From: a virus
Direction: 5' to 3' (one strand)
Virus record (IMG/VR): IMGVR_UViG_3300042484_000873
Span: 25,585 to 89,584 of that record
Length of the DNA stretch: 64,000 bases
Numbering within the stretch: the first letter of the stretch is position 1; each line of letters begins with the position of its first letter. The position numbers and the translations under genes are program-made. The notes beneath the pieces are model-generated. The model had not been told where the DNA came from. It made no database searches and saw only the letters and a program-made list of their open reading frames with translations. Shown one piece after another: positions 48,312-57,702 of the stretch.

Positions 48312-48971
48312 ATGTTTACACGACATGTAGGAAAACAAGGCGACCGCAAAGTTGCAGTAGTATTTCGGGAAGTGCCCGGAGAACCTCACATGTGTTTGGT
48401 TACCCATACCGAACTATTGAACCAGCACATACACGATCCATTAATTCAATGCATCGAAAGTGATATTGGGCAAAACAGCGAACACTTAGCAGATGCATTG
48501 AATCGTACTCACACTAAAGACGGTAGAATCATTCTTCAGGTATTACATGCCGAAGGTCAGTTGAAGAAAGTTCAAACAAGTCAAATTTTAATGACACCGT
48601 CACCAAATCAATCTATTCGTTTAGATGAATTGAATACAATTCTTGATGAAATGAAACAAGGTGAGAGTGCAGTTAAGCGTTTACAAGAACTAGACAATAG
48701 CCGCGGTATGCAAGACCCGGCTGACGTGGTTCGTAGAATGCGTGGCAATCAACCCGCACCAAAAGGTATACAAGCTTCAGGTGATGCGTTAGGTGATGCA
48801 ACAATTGCACAAAATCTACGTCAACAGGCAGCTAAGATGGATGCAGAAGCTAAGGGCTTGCTAGCAGAAGCACAACGATTACAAAAAGAAGCCGCACAGT
48901 TAGAAGGCGTTACTGCTGAGACAACTAAACCAAAGAAAACTACAGCAAAGAAAACTAAAGTTAGTGTCTAA
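48312..48971 (+). CDS. Hypothetical protein with coiled-coil C-terminus
   Basis: 219 aa, AGGAG RBS, TAAATA at 48278-48283. Confidence 0.75.
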   Translation: MFTRHVGKQGDRKVAVVFREVPGEPHMCLVTHTELLNQHIHDPLIQCIESDIGQNSEHLADALNRTHTKDGRIILQVLHAEGQLKKVQTSQILMTPSPNQSIRLDELNTILDEMKQGESAVKRLQELDNSRGMQDPADVVRRMRGNQPAPKGIQASGDALGDATIAQNLRQQAAKMDAEAKGLLAEAQRLQKEAAQLEGVTAETTKPKKTTAKKTKVSV

Positions 48972-49267
48972 TGTCACCAGAATTTATCGAAAAATGGGAA
49001 CACATCCTTGAAGATGTTGAAAAAAATAAGATTCCTGTTCAATTTATTAAGAAGTTAATTATTAAACTTCAAGGTAAAAAACAACAGACTATCAATATCG
49101 CAAAATTCTTAGAACAAGGATTGGACCCAGATGAAATAGAAAACGCTGTTAGTCGCAAACTAGATGAACTAGATGATATGATAGTGAGTGTAGAATTTGT
49201 TCTCAACGTTCAAAGTATTGCAGACACCGTACAGCCAGAGACAGATAGACTATTAGGTAAACTCTAA
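48971..49267 (+). CDS. Hypothetical protein
   Basis: 98 aa, TAATG overlap. Confidence 0.7.
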   Translation: MSPEFIEKWEHILEDVEKNKIPVQFIKKLIIKLQGKKQQTINIAKFLEQGLDPDEIENAVSRKLDELDDMIVSVEFVLNVQSIADTVQPETDRLLGKL

Positions 49268-49276
49268 TATAGTCAA

Positions 49277-49300
49277 AAAGCCCTGATTACTCGGGGCTTT
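49277..49300 (+). terminator. Stem-loop, probable terminator
   Basis: AAAGCCCTGA-TTAC-TCGGGGCTTT. Confidence 0.55.
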
Positions 49301-49326
49301 CCTCATTAATATGATACAATATAGCT

Positions 49327-50226
49327 ATGAAACAATACTTAGATTTATTACAAGATATACTAGATAACGGAGAAATTAAAGATGACAGAACTGGTGTTGG
49401 CACACATAGTGTTTTTGGACGTCATATTCGCTTTGATTTGCGTAGGGGCTTTCCCGCAGTCACTACTAAGAAACTTGCTTGGAAATCTTGCGTCGGTGAG
49501 CTATTATGGTTTATTGAAGGCTCTAGTGATGAGCGTAGATTGGCAGAGATTACCCACGGTACAAGTGAAGGAAAGGTTACTATCTGGACCCCGAATGCAG
49601 AGGCATCGTATTGGAAGCCTAAAGCACAATTCGAAGGTGATCTTGGCCGAGTCTATGGTGTACAGTGGCGTCACTGGAACAAGTACTGTACAGAAAAAGA
49701 CATGGGTGCGGCACACAAAGGTGGCACCCGCCTCGCTGTTGACCAAACAGAAGTCGACCAATTGGCAAATCTCATTAAAGGATTAATTGAAGATCCTAAT
49801 GGGCGCAGGCATATTCTTAGTGCTTGGAACGTGAGCGAGTTAGACGAAATGGCATTGCCCCCTTGTCACGTTATGAGTCAATTCTATGTCAACAAAAATC
49901 GTGAACTTTCTTGCCATATGTATCAGCGTAGTGTTGATGTGTTCTTGGGCTTACCTTTTAATATTGCTAGTTATGCATTACTTACACATCTATTGGCACA
50001 TCACTGTGGTCTAAAAGTGGGTGAACTTGTTATTAGTACAGGTGATACACATATCTACAAAGACCACATCGAACAAGTAAAAGAACAATTAACACGTGAA
50101 ACATATCCATTGCCTACACTAATGTTGAATGCTTCAAAGACAAACATCTTTGAGATGACGATGGGTGACATACATTTAGAAAACTATCAAAGTCATGGCC
50201 CTATCAAAGCAACAATGGCAGTCTAA
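49327..50226 (+). CDS. thyA: Thymidylate synthase
   Basis: DRTGVGT, ELLWF, YGVQWR, RRHILSAWN, ALPPCH, YQRSVDVFLGLPFNIASY, HIY. Confidence 0.97.
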   Translation: MKQYLDLLQDILDNGEIKDDRTGVGTHSVFGRHIRFDLRRGFPAVTTKKLAWKSCVGELLWFIEGSSDERRLAEITHGTSEGKVTIWTPNAEASYWKPKAQFEGDLGRVYGVQWRHWNKYCTEKDMGAAHKGGTRLAVDQTEVDQLANLIKGLIEDPNGRRHILSAWNVSELDEMALPPCHVMSQFYVNKNRELSCHMYQRSVDVFLGLPFNIASYALLTHLLAHHCGLKVGELVISTGDTHIYKDHIEQVKEQLTRETYPLPTLMLNASKTNIFEMTMGDIHLENYQSHGPIKATMAV

Positions 50227-50527
50227 AGACGAATTTACTAGACCCAAGTATCAGGTACAACTATCTGATACAGGTGAAGAGATGGTAACTATCACTCACG
50301 TAGTTCAAACTATTAAAATGAGTGATGTAGAAGATCCTGATTTGTTGGTAGCACAACCTATATATGAGTGGCAACAAACAGAAGCGGGTAAGTGGATAAT
50401 GGAAAATTCTAATCCCTCTCCCAGTTGGCATCGTAACCATGATATATACAACTATGGATACACATATCAAATTAGAGCATATCTAACACCTAAACAATTA
50501 ACATTTTGGAAGTTGAAATACGAATGA
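50195..50527 (+). CDS. Hypothetical protein
   Basis: DVEDPDLLVAQPIYEWQQTEAGKWIMEN; start uncertain. Confidence 0.65.
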   Translation: MALSKQQWQSKDEFTRPKYQVQLSDTGEEMVTITHVVQTIKMSDVEDPDLLVAQPIYEWQQTEAGKWIMENSNPSPSWHRNHDIYNYGYTYQIRAYLTPKQLTFWKLKYE

Positions 50528-51486
50528 AAATTTTAGTTACAGGCGGTCTCGGCCTTATCGGACACAACGTAGTAAATAAACTACAACAACAAGGTCACAA
50601 TGTTGTCATTACTGATACTCGCACTACTTATGGTATTATTCCACAAGATGAAATCGATTATTTAATGGCTGAACGGCTAAAAAAGATTCAGCCAGGACAA
50701 ATACATGCTATAGATATTGTTAGTGATAGTATTGATTGGTTGTTTGAAAGATATAAGTTTGATATGGTGATACATATGGCAAGCTTCCCTAGACAAAAAG
50801 TTGTTAATGCTAATCCTAGACTAGGAGCAAAAACAATGATGGAAGGCTTATTGAACTTATGCGAAGCAAGTAAAAAACATAATGTAAAGAAGTTCATTTA
50901 CATTAGTTCAAGTATGGTATACGGAGATTTTATTAATGATGTGACTGAGGACTATGATTGTAAACCTCAAGGTCAATATGGAATTATGAAATTAGCAGGT
51001 GAACATCTTGTTAAAGACTATAGCCGTCGTAATTGTTTTAGTCACACTATTATTCGACCTAGTGCAGTGTACGGAGAACTAGATGTTGAAGACCGTGTGA
51101 TTGCTAAGTTTATGCTGACAGCAATGCGCGGTGGTACATTGAATGTCAATGGTGCTAATGAAACATTAGATTTTACTTATGTAGAAGATGCCGCAGATGG
51201 TATCGTTGGTGCCGCACTATCTGATAATACAGAGAACAAAACATATAACATCACCAAGTCACACAGTAGAACATTACTTGATGCCGCAAACTTAGCAGTT
51301 AAGTGTGCAGGTAAAGGTACAATCAATGTCAGGGACAAAGACGCAGACTTCCCAAGTCGTGGTGCATTAAACATTGATGCGGCACGTAAAGACTTTGGAT
51401 ATGATCCTAAAGTAGATGTAGAAGAAGGCTTTGAAAGATATTATGAGTGGTTGTGTACCAGTATATATTGGAATTCAAAAATATGA
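50524..51486 (+). CDS. NAD-dependent nucleotide-sugar epimerase/dehydratase (extended SDR)
   Basis: MKILVTGGLGLIG, ISSSMVYG, YGIMK, DFTYVED; start at ATG 50524. Confidence 0.92.
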   Translation: MKILVTGGLGLIGHNVVNKLQQQGHNVVITDTRTTYGIIPQDEIDYLMAERLKKIQPGQIHAIDIVSDSIDWLFERYKFDMVIHMASFPRQKVVNANPRLGAKTMMEGLLNLCEASKKHNVKKFIYISSSMVYGDFINDVTEDYDCKPQGQYGIMKLAGEHLVKDYSRRNCFSHTIIRPSAVYGELDVEDRVIAKFMLTAMRGGTLNVNGANETLDFTYVEDAADGIVGAALSDNTENKTYNITKSHSRTLLDAANLAVKCAGKGTINVRDKDADFPSRGALNIDAARKDFGYDPKVDVEEGFERYYEWLCTSIYWNSKI

Positions 51487-52439
51487 AAATCCCAATCAAA
51501 GTAGAAAGAGCCACTGCTACAAAACATAAATTTATTGAGTGGATGATCCATGATGTGTGCAACTATAATTGTAGTTTTTGCTGTAATGAAAATAAGGCAG
51601 GCATCAATCGGTGGACCACAATAGAAAAATACAAGGAATACGCCGACAAGATAATATCACAATGTGATGGTAATCCATTATGGATACAATTCACAGGAGG
51701 CGAACCAACATTATTTCCTGATCTATTGGAACTGATGCAATATGTAAAAAATAAAGGTGCGTATGTAAGTTTATTAACTAATGGATCACGAACATTAAGA
51801 TGGTGGGAAGAATTAAAACAAGGCAAATGTTTAGATAATTTAATGTTGACCTATCATCCTGAGCAAACTAATGACTATATACATGCCGCTAACGTGTTAA
51901 ACTTATTTCATTACGAAGAAACTAGTACATCATGTTTAATAACTCATACTTATTCAGTGTTTGATAAATCTATTATAGCCAGAGATTATATGCGACAACA
52001 CACCGGAGCTTACATTATTTACAAAGCAATGAAGACTGAGGACATGGAAGTGTTTTCTGAATATACAGTAGAGCAATTGAAAGAAGTAATGATTCCTAGT
52101 TTTGCGGGTGACAAAATTGATTCAAAGGTTAAACCTAAAATACCAAGTGACTGTAAATTAAGTGATTTTATGAAAATATCGTACAATAATGGAATTAAAG
52201 AAGTGGTTAGTACTCAACACTTACTGAAAACAAAACAAAACAATTTCAACGGATGGATGTGTAACGTAGGAATGAATACTATACGAATAGCTAATAATAA
52301 ATTTTATAGGGGAATTTGCGAAGAAGGTGGAATACAAGGGTCACTTGACGGTGAAATTAAATTTAGCACTCAGGAGATACGATGTACTAAAAATAGGTGT
52401 TATTGTGACACCGATTTGTTCACTACTAAAACACGATGA
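51483..52439 (+). CDS. Radical SAM protein with C-terminal SPASM-like Cys cluster
   Basis: CNYNCSFC, TGGEPT, TNGSRTLRWW, C-terminal CTKNRCYC; paralog of 16605. Confidence 0.87.
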   Translation: MKIPIKVERATATKHKFIEWMIHDVCNYNCSFCCNENKAGINRWTTIEKYKEYADKIISQCDGNPLWIQFTGGEPTLFPDLLELMQYVKNKGAYVSLLTNGSRTLRWWEELKQGKCLDNLMLTYHPEQTNDYIHAANVLNLFHYEETSTSCLITHTYSVFDKSIIARDYMRQHTGAYIIYKAMKTEDMEVFSEYTVEQLKEVMIPSFAGDKIDSKVKPKIPSDCKLSDFMKISYNNGIKEVVSTQHLLKTKQNNFNGWMCNVGMNTIRIANNKFYRGICEEGGIQGSLDGEIKFSTQEIRCTKNRCYCDTDLFTTKTR

Positions 52440-53497
52440 ATATACTTCATTTTGGTCTAATAAGACAGTATAAGAATATCGGTGAAGAGTTGCTAGATGC
52501 AACTCACCGTGTCCTTAAAGATGGACAACTTGTAGGTGGACATTATACACACTCGTTTGAAGAATGGTTAAGGCATCGCACTAAAACAAAGTATGCTGTC
52601 ACAGTTCATAGTGGTACACAAGCATTAGAGATTATTGCAAGATATAAGAAAAAGAAACACTTAGAGACATTTAAAAATACTCCCAAGATTCTAATCCCCA
52701 ATCTAACTTATCCTGCAACATTAAACTCAGTATTAAGTGCTGGATGGGATGTTGAATTAGTTGACACTGATAAGAATGGTATTATTGACGTAGAGAATAG
52801 TCTTAAAGGCTACACATGCGTTATGGGATATGCTGGCCGCAAGCCGTGGCCTATTGCAGGATATGCTAGCGCAAATGCAGTGATTGTAGACGGAGCACAA
52901 CACTGGTTAGTATGTGACGGTGATGTGGGTAGCGGTATGTCTATCAGCTTTGACCCTACAAAGAATCTACCTAGTTCAGGTAACGGTGGTGCTATTGTTA
53001 CAAATGACGAACAACTATACTTGTTTGCCGCAACACATAGAGATAATAACAAGCCTGCATTCCATGATGTAGGAACTAACAGTAAGATGAGTGAACAAGA
53101 TTGTGCTCAGATATTAGTTAGAGCAAAGTACATAGATGAATGGCAAAAGCGTAGAGGTGAGATAGCAAAGTATTGGTGTGATGCGTTCAGAGACTTACCA
53201 TTGACTTGCTTATCTGATACAAAAGACCCTCACGCACATCAAAAGTTTGTAATATACTTACCTGATCGCAATAGTTTACATACTCATTTACTGACTGATG
53301 GCATTAATAGTAAAATTCATTATAATTATGTACTAGGTGATTTACCAACTACAAAGAATTTATCAAAGCCTGACTTACTTTCTACTAGCGTAATGCTTTC
53401 TAGGGGTGTATTAAGTTTGCCTATTTACCCTGAATTGACTGATATAGAAGTGGACTATATAGTAGATAAGGTTAAAGGATTTTATGTTCCCGATTGA
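52436..53497 (+). CDS. DegT/DnrJ/EryC1/StrS PLP-dependent sugar aminotransferase
   Basis: SGTQAL, DGAQ, SFDPTKNL (PLP Lys), GGAIVTND, LSLPIYPEL. Confidence 0.9.
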   Translation: MNILHFGLIRQYKNIGEELLDATHRVLKDGQLVGGHYTHSFEEWLRHRTKTKYAVTVHSGTQALEIIARYKKKKHLETFKNTPKILIPNLTYPATLNSVLSAGWDVELVDTDKNGIIDVENSLKGYTCVMGYAGRKPWPIAGYASANAVIVDGAQHWLVCDGDVGSGMSISFDPTKNLPSSGNGGAIVTNDEQLYLFAATHRDNNKPAFHDVGTNSKMSEQDCAQILVRAKYIDEWQKRRGEIAKYWCDAFRDLPLTCLSDTKDPHAHQKFVIYLPDRNSLHTHLLTDGINSKIHYNYVLGDLPTTKNLSKPDLLSTSVMLSRGVLSLPIYPELTDIEVDYIVDKVKGFYVPD

Positions 53498-54437
53498 GGT
53501 AAAATTAGTCAACCCGCATACTTATAACTTAGTTGAATGGATGTTAGGTAACGTCTGTAACTATGATTGTAGTTTTTGTCATATTGATTCTAAGTCAGGT
53601 GATAAAAAATATTTAGATATTAATGTATACATCAACACTTGTAGGAAAATTATTGAAGAAAGCGGCGATAAGAAAGTTTGGTTCAAGATAACAGGTGGCG
53701 AACCTACATTATATCCAAATCTTATAGAACTACTATCTTATATAAAAAGTACAGGAAATTATACATATCTAGTGACAAACGGTTCTAGAACGGTACGTTG
53801 GTGGGAAGAACTTAAAGAAGCAAATTGTATTGATCTTATTGCTATTAGTGTTCATCCGGAACAACACGCCGATATATCACATATTATTGAAGTTGTTAAC
53901 ATGTTTGATGATACACCTACATTGACGATTGCTAATATAACATGCCCGGTAAAATATTTTGCCGATGCTGTTAATGCATTTGATGAAATCTACAAAAATT
54001 GTAAAGCAATAGTTAGCTTGATTCAGATAAACGACGGAACCAATATGTCGGCATATTCACCTGAACAGATAGAAATTTTGTTATCCCATAGTGTTAAAAA
54101 AACACCTACATTACACACTAAGCCTGTGAGTAAAATACCAGTAAAATATAGATATAATTCGGGTATGTTAGAATATACATATGATGATGGCTCTACTAAA
54201 AGAGACTATAGTATAAATTTTGTTAAAAGAGGTGAGGATAAATTTTACGGATATACATGTGATGCTGGGAAGAATTTTATACGAATATCACATGATACTA
54301 TCCAACGTGCAGTCTGTGGGGTAGGTGAAAGATGGTCTATATATGATGATAAAATGTTTATGTCAGAATCAGTAAAATGTTCAAAATTAATTTGTAGCTG
54401 TACTTTGGATTTAATACAGACTAAAAAGTATAAATAA
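53484..54437 (+). CDS. Radical SAM protein with C-terminal SPASM-like Cys cluster
   Basis: CNYDCSFC, TGGEPT, TNGSRTVRWW, C-terminal CSKLICSC. Confidence 0.87.
   Translation: MFPIEVKLVNPHTYNLVEWMLGNVCNYDCSFCHIDSKSGDKKYLDINVYINTCRKIIEESGDKKVWFKITGGEPTLYPNLIELLSYIKSTGNYTYLVTNGSRTVRWWEELKEANCIDLIAISVHPEQHADISHIIEVVNMFDDTPTLTIANITCPVKYFADAVNAFDEIYKNCKAIVSLIQINDGTNMSAYSPEQIEILLSHSVKKTPTLHTKPVSKIPVKYRYNSGMLEYTYDDGSTKRDYSINFVKRGEDKFYGYTCDAGKNFIRISHDTIQRAVCGVGERWSIYDDKMFMSESVKCSKLICSCTLDLIQTKKYK
54429..54436 (+). promoter_or_regulatory. T4-type late promoter TATAAATA
   Basis: Exact T4 late consensus, 8 nt before the spanin ATG. Confidence 0.55.
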
Positions 54438-54444
54438 GGGTACT

Positions 54445-54948
54445 ATGTGGATACTATCAATACTACCCGACGCCGCAATACATATAATCTTTGGATTAGG
54501 TATTTTGGGCACAATCGCAGGATTCGTCCTAGGATTCATTCCTTTTGTCAAAACCTATAAACTAGCAATACAAGTCATTAGTTTGCTTGTTCTAGTATTT
54601 GGTGTCTATCTTGAGGGAGGTCTAGCTGACTATAAAGAGTGGGAACTCAGAGTCAAAGAGATGGAAGCTAAAGTAGCCCAAGCCGAGGCTAAGTCTAGTG
54701 AAAAGAATATAGAAATACAAGAAAAGATTGTAGAAAAGACTAAAGTTGTCCGTGAAAAAGGTCGTGATATTATCAAGTATGTTGATAAATGGAATACAAA
54801 AGAAATAATTAAAGAAGTAGAAGGTCCTGAAAGAATTAGGAGAGAAGAAGTTATCAAGTACATTGAAAACTGCCCTGTACCTAAAGAATTCATAGATTTA
54901 CACAATCAGGCCGCTGAGTTGAATAAGGCTGCGGAGGCAAAGAAATGA
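54445..54948 (+). CDS. Inner-membrane spanin (Rz-like)
   Basis: N-terminal TM helices, coiled coil, C-terminal Cys; followed by an overlapping lipoprotein. Confidence 0.7.
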   Translation: MWILSILPDAAIHIIFGLGILGTIAGFVLGFIPFVKTYKLAIQVISLLVLVFGVYLEGGLADYKEWELRVKEMEAKVAQAEAKSSEKNIEIQEKIVEKTKVVREKGRDIIKYVDKWNTKEIIKEVEGPERIRREEVIKYIENCPVPKEFIDLHNQAAELNKAAEAKK

Positions 54949-55211
54949 AATATCTATTAATTTCATTATTTTTTATTGCAGGTTGTTCTACTACAGTTCC
55001 TGTCACTCAAAAGTTTCCTAATGCTACACCTGAACTTATGAAGAAGTGTGAAGACCTCAAGAAGATTGAGGGTAACACCGTGGCGATTACTGAGATGTTG
55101 AAAGTAATCGTTCATAACTATACATTATATTGGGAATGCAGTGCTAAAGTAGATGGGTGGCAAGATTGGTATAATGCACAAAAGAAAATTTATGATGGTA
55201 TTGCAAAATAG
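54945..55211 (+). CDS. Outer-membrane spanin lipoprotein (Rz1-like)
   Basis: Lipobox IAG-C, P..LM..C...NY..Y.EC. Confidence 0.75.
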   Translation: MKYLLISLFFIAGCSTTVPVTQKFPNATPELMKKCEDLKKIEGNTVAITEMLKVIVHNYTLYWECSAKVDGWQDWYNAQKKIYDGIAK

Positions 55212-55296
55212 TAGCATATTATTAGCATTGTGCTATATCATATAGCAACCTAACAGTTGGCTTGATAATAGATAAATACTGTATCTAGGGATTTTT

Positions 55297-56133
55297 ATGA
55301 CACAGCAAATCATTGATACGGGTGCAGTACCAAACGACGGTTCAGGTGATCCGTTACGCCAAGCCTTTGATAAGATTAATAACAATTTTGCAAACTTGTT
55401 TGCGCTAGCTCCCACAGCCAGTGTCGAGTTAGTTGACCCCAACCAATTCTCTGACGGTGACTCAAACACTACTAGTTCAAATTTCTCTGGCAATATTACT
55501 ATTAATGCCAACAATATCTATTTAGGTTCACAGTTATCTACTATACAATCAGATCCTACTGCGTCAATGTTAACATTTACGCAACCAATTGGACCTTATT
55601 ACAACCAAGAATATATTAATGTAGGTGCTACACCTAACGATGGTCAAGGTGACCCACTACGCACTGCATTTGAGAAGATTAATAATAACTTTAGTAACTT
55701 GTTCTATGTTGGAACTGTTACATCTAGCACTTACAGTATTGGACTAACACCTAATCAAGTTATCTTTGAAACTCCTGCTAACATGTTTTCACAAGCAAGT
55801 TTTCAAATTAGATCCAGTGATACAGGAACCCCTGATAGTCAAGATATCACGATTACTGCACAAATATCTAATGACAGTGCGAATGTAAAGTATACAGGTT
55901 ACGGAACTACTTTCTTTGGTAACGCATTGACACGCTATAACATGGATGTGTTTGGTGGTAATGTTCGTCTAATGGTTAATCCTATTGTAGACCAAGTGTT
56001 ACTACACTTTATTTCAGCACAAATAACCTTTGTTGGTGATACCGAAAACGGATTAAATATTGCATTAGATGGATATACTGATTCAGTAATGGATACCGAA
56101 GATGAATTTGAAATAACCACTGAAGCAAGTTAA
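55297..56133 (+). CDS. Baseplate/tail protein with duplicated T4 gp9/gp10-like N-terminal motif
   Basis: I..G..PNDG.GDPLR.AF.KINNNF occurs twice; TAAATA at 55273-55278. Confidence 0.7.
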   Translation: MTQQIIDTGAVPNDGSGDPLRQAFDKINNNFANLFALAPTASVELVDPNQFSDGDSNTTSSNFSGNITINANNIYLGSQLSTIQSDPTASMLTFTQPIGPYYNQEYINVGATPNDGQGDPLRTAFEKINNNFSNLFYVGTVTSSTYSIGLTPNQVIFETPANMFSQASFQIRSSDTGTPDSQDITITAQISNDSANVKYTGYGTTFFGNALTRYNMDVFGGNVRLMVNPIVDQVLLHFISAQITFVGDTENGLNIALDGYTDSVMDTEDEFEITTEAS

Positions 56134-56134
56134 T

Positions 56135-56539
56135 ATGAGAGCTAAAGAATTTATAACCGAGCAAAAGCTACAGGATGTGCATGATGGATTAGACATAGCA
56201 GATAAGTCACTTCCTAATACTTATATTATACCCTCATTACAAAATCAAGATTTTTATGAGTTATATAGATTTGGTGTAGCAATTGCAGCCGTAAGAGGTG
56301 AGAGTGGAATTAAAGACGGAGTCCAAAATGGCAATGAACCAGAGTTTAGAGCGACTAGTAGTTGGGGTGAAAATCAAATTGTTAGTTCGATGGATTCTGG
56401 TGTAGGTGAATTAATTGATAAAGCATTGGCTAAGATAGGTAAGTCTGGTAAAAAATCAGTCAGTAGCCCTAGTAGTGATGAGATGGATGATACACTAACA
56501 CAATCACCTGTAAGAGCCTTTAAAGGATATAAAAGATAA
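56135..56539 (+). CDS. Putative head/internal protein
   Basis: MRAKEFITE leader; paralog of the next gene. Confidence 0.6.
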   Translation: MRAKEFITEQKLQDVHDGLDIADKSLPNTYIIPSLQNQDFYELYRFGVAIAAVRGESGIKDGVQNGNEPEFRATSSWGENQIVSSMDSGVGELIDKALAKIGKSGKKSVSSPSSDEMDDTLTQSPVRAFKGYKR

Positions 56540-56916
56540 TGAGAGCAAGTGAATTTATATCCGAAGCTAAGGTTGGTAAAATATCTAAACAGCAACAACA
56601 ATCTACCCGCGGTTTAAATATTTTTTCAAAGAAAATAGACAGCTATGATAGACAATATGATTTAAATCGTTTAATGATGGCTGTAGCAAGTAGCGATGGA
56701 ATAAACCCAATCAACATGCCTGCTGAAAGTTGGGTAGGTAAACACAACACTGCACATCCTTACACTAAAGAAGAACAAGATATGCTTAAGCTAGCATATA
56801 AAGCTGCCGGTTTAGAATATATAGATGTAAATAATGGCGATATGGATAGTGAAGAACTATCTGATACAAATGCTCAAAGCATAGTTAAACCCTTCAAAGG
56901 TTACAAAAGAAAATAA
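56539..56916 (+). CDS. Putative head/internal protein
   Basis: MRASEFISE leader; shared Y.L.R...A.A core and FKGYKR C-terminus. Confidence 0.6.
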   Translation: MRASEFISEAKVGKISKQQQQSTRGLNIFSKKIDSYDRQYDLNRLMMAVASSDGINPINMPAESWVGKHNTAHPYTKEEQDMLKLAYKAAGLEYIDVNNGDMDSEELSDTNAQSIVKPFKGYKRK

Positions 56917-56968
56917 TTTCATTGTCAGTTTTGAGAATAAGTAATTATATCAAATTACAGGAATCTCA

Positions 56969-57658
56969 ATGATTGACATTAACAACACCCTCGACTTAAT
57001 CAAATTAAAATTCTACAATGAATGGTTGTATACTGCTCATATCTATGATGAGGGCAATAGTCCGATGCATGAAAATCTCACTAAACAGGTTATTATAAAA
57101 TACATAGATCCGCTAAATTTACCCAAAGATGCTAAAATCTTAGATTTGGGTTGTGGCCCTGGCTATTTCTTAGATGGAATGAAAGAGCGTGAATATACAA
57201 ATGTTACCGGAGTTACATTAAGTCCTGGCGACATTCAAATCTGTGAAAGTAAGGGTCATAAAATTGCAAAATATGATTTGAGTTTTATCCCACAAAAAGA
57301 CGGATATTTTGATGAAAGCGTTGACTTCATTTTCTTACGTCACGCATTAGAACATAGCCCATATCCTATCTTTAGTTTAATGGAATACAATCGTCTATTG
57401 AAACAAGGCGGCAAACTTTATATTGAAGTTCCTGCTCCCGATTGCGACCGTAGACACGAATGGAATTTAAATCACTATAGCATTCTAGGACAAAATCAAT
57501 TGGCAGCATTGATAACACGATGTGGTTTTAATATTGATGTGTTCAATAATCTAGAGTTTGATATTCAAGGTAAGAATGAGCAGGGTGAGGACTATGTAGC
57601 AAAAGAGAAGTTCTACTGTATTATGGTCACTAAAGCTAGACCATTAGACATTAAATAA
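56969..57658 (+). CDS. Class I SAM-dependent methyltransferase
   Basis: ILDLGCGPG, DFIFLRHALEHS, LKQGGKLYIEVP. Confidence 0.85.
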   Translation: MIDINNTLDLIKLKFYNEWLYTAHIYDEGNSPMHENLTKQVIIKYIDPLNLPKDAKILDLGCGPGYFLDGMKEREYTNVTGVTLSPGDIQICESKGHKIAKYDLSFIPQKDGYFDESVDFIFLRHALEHSPYPIFSLMEYNRLLKQGGKLYIEVPAPDCDRRHEWNLNHYSILGQNQLAALITRCGFNIDVFNNLEFDIQGKNEQGEDYVAKEKFYCIMVTKARPLDIK

Positions 57659-57683
57659 TAAAAAACGGCTCTGCCGTTTTTTT
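57659..57683 (+). terminator. Intrinsic terminator
   Basis: AAAAACGGC-TCT-GCCGTTTTTTT. Confidence 0.7.
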
Positions 57684-57688
57684 GTGGA

Positions 57689-57696
57689 TATAAATA
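57689..57696 (+). promoter_or_regulatory. T4-type late promoter TATAAATA
   Basis: Exact consensus, 6 nt before the terminase ATG. Confidence 0.6.
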
Positions 57697-57702
57697 CTCA
57701 CT

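Noticed and set aside
49382-49786. 134-aa alternative-frame ORF inside thyA
   Set aside because: Fully nested in a conserved gene, with no RBS or recognisable features
49327-50226. thyA as a base-modifying dCMP hydroxymethylase feeding DNA hypermodification
   Set aside because: Canonical ThyA motifs including PFN (dUMP-specifying Asn); no DNA-modification partner genes recognised nearby
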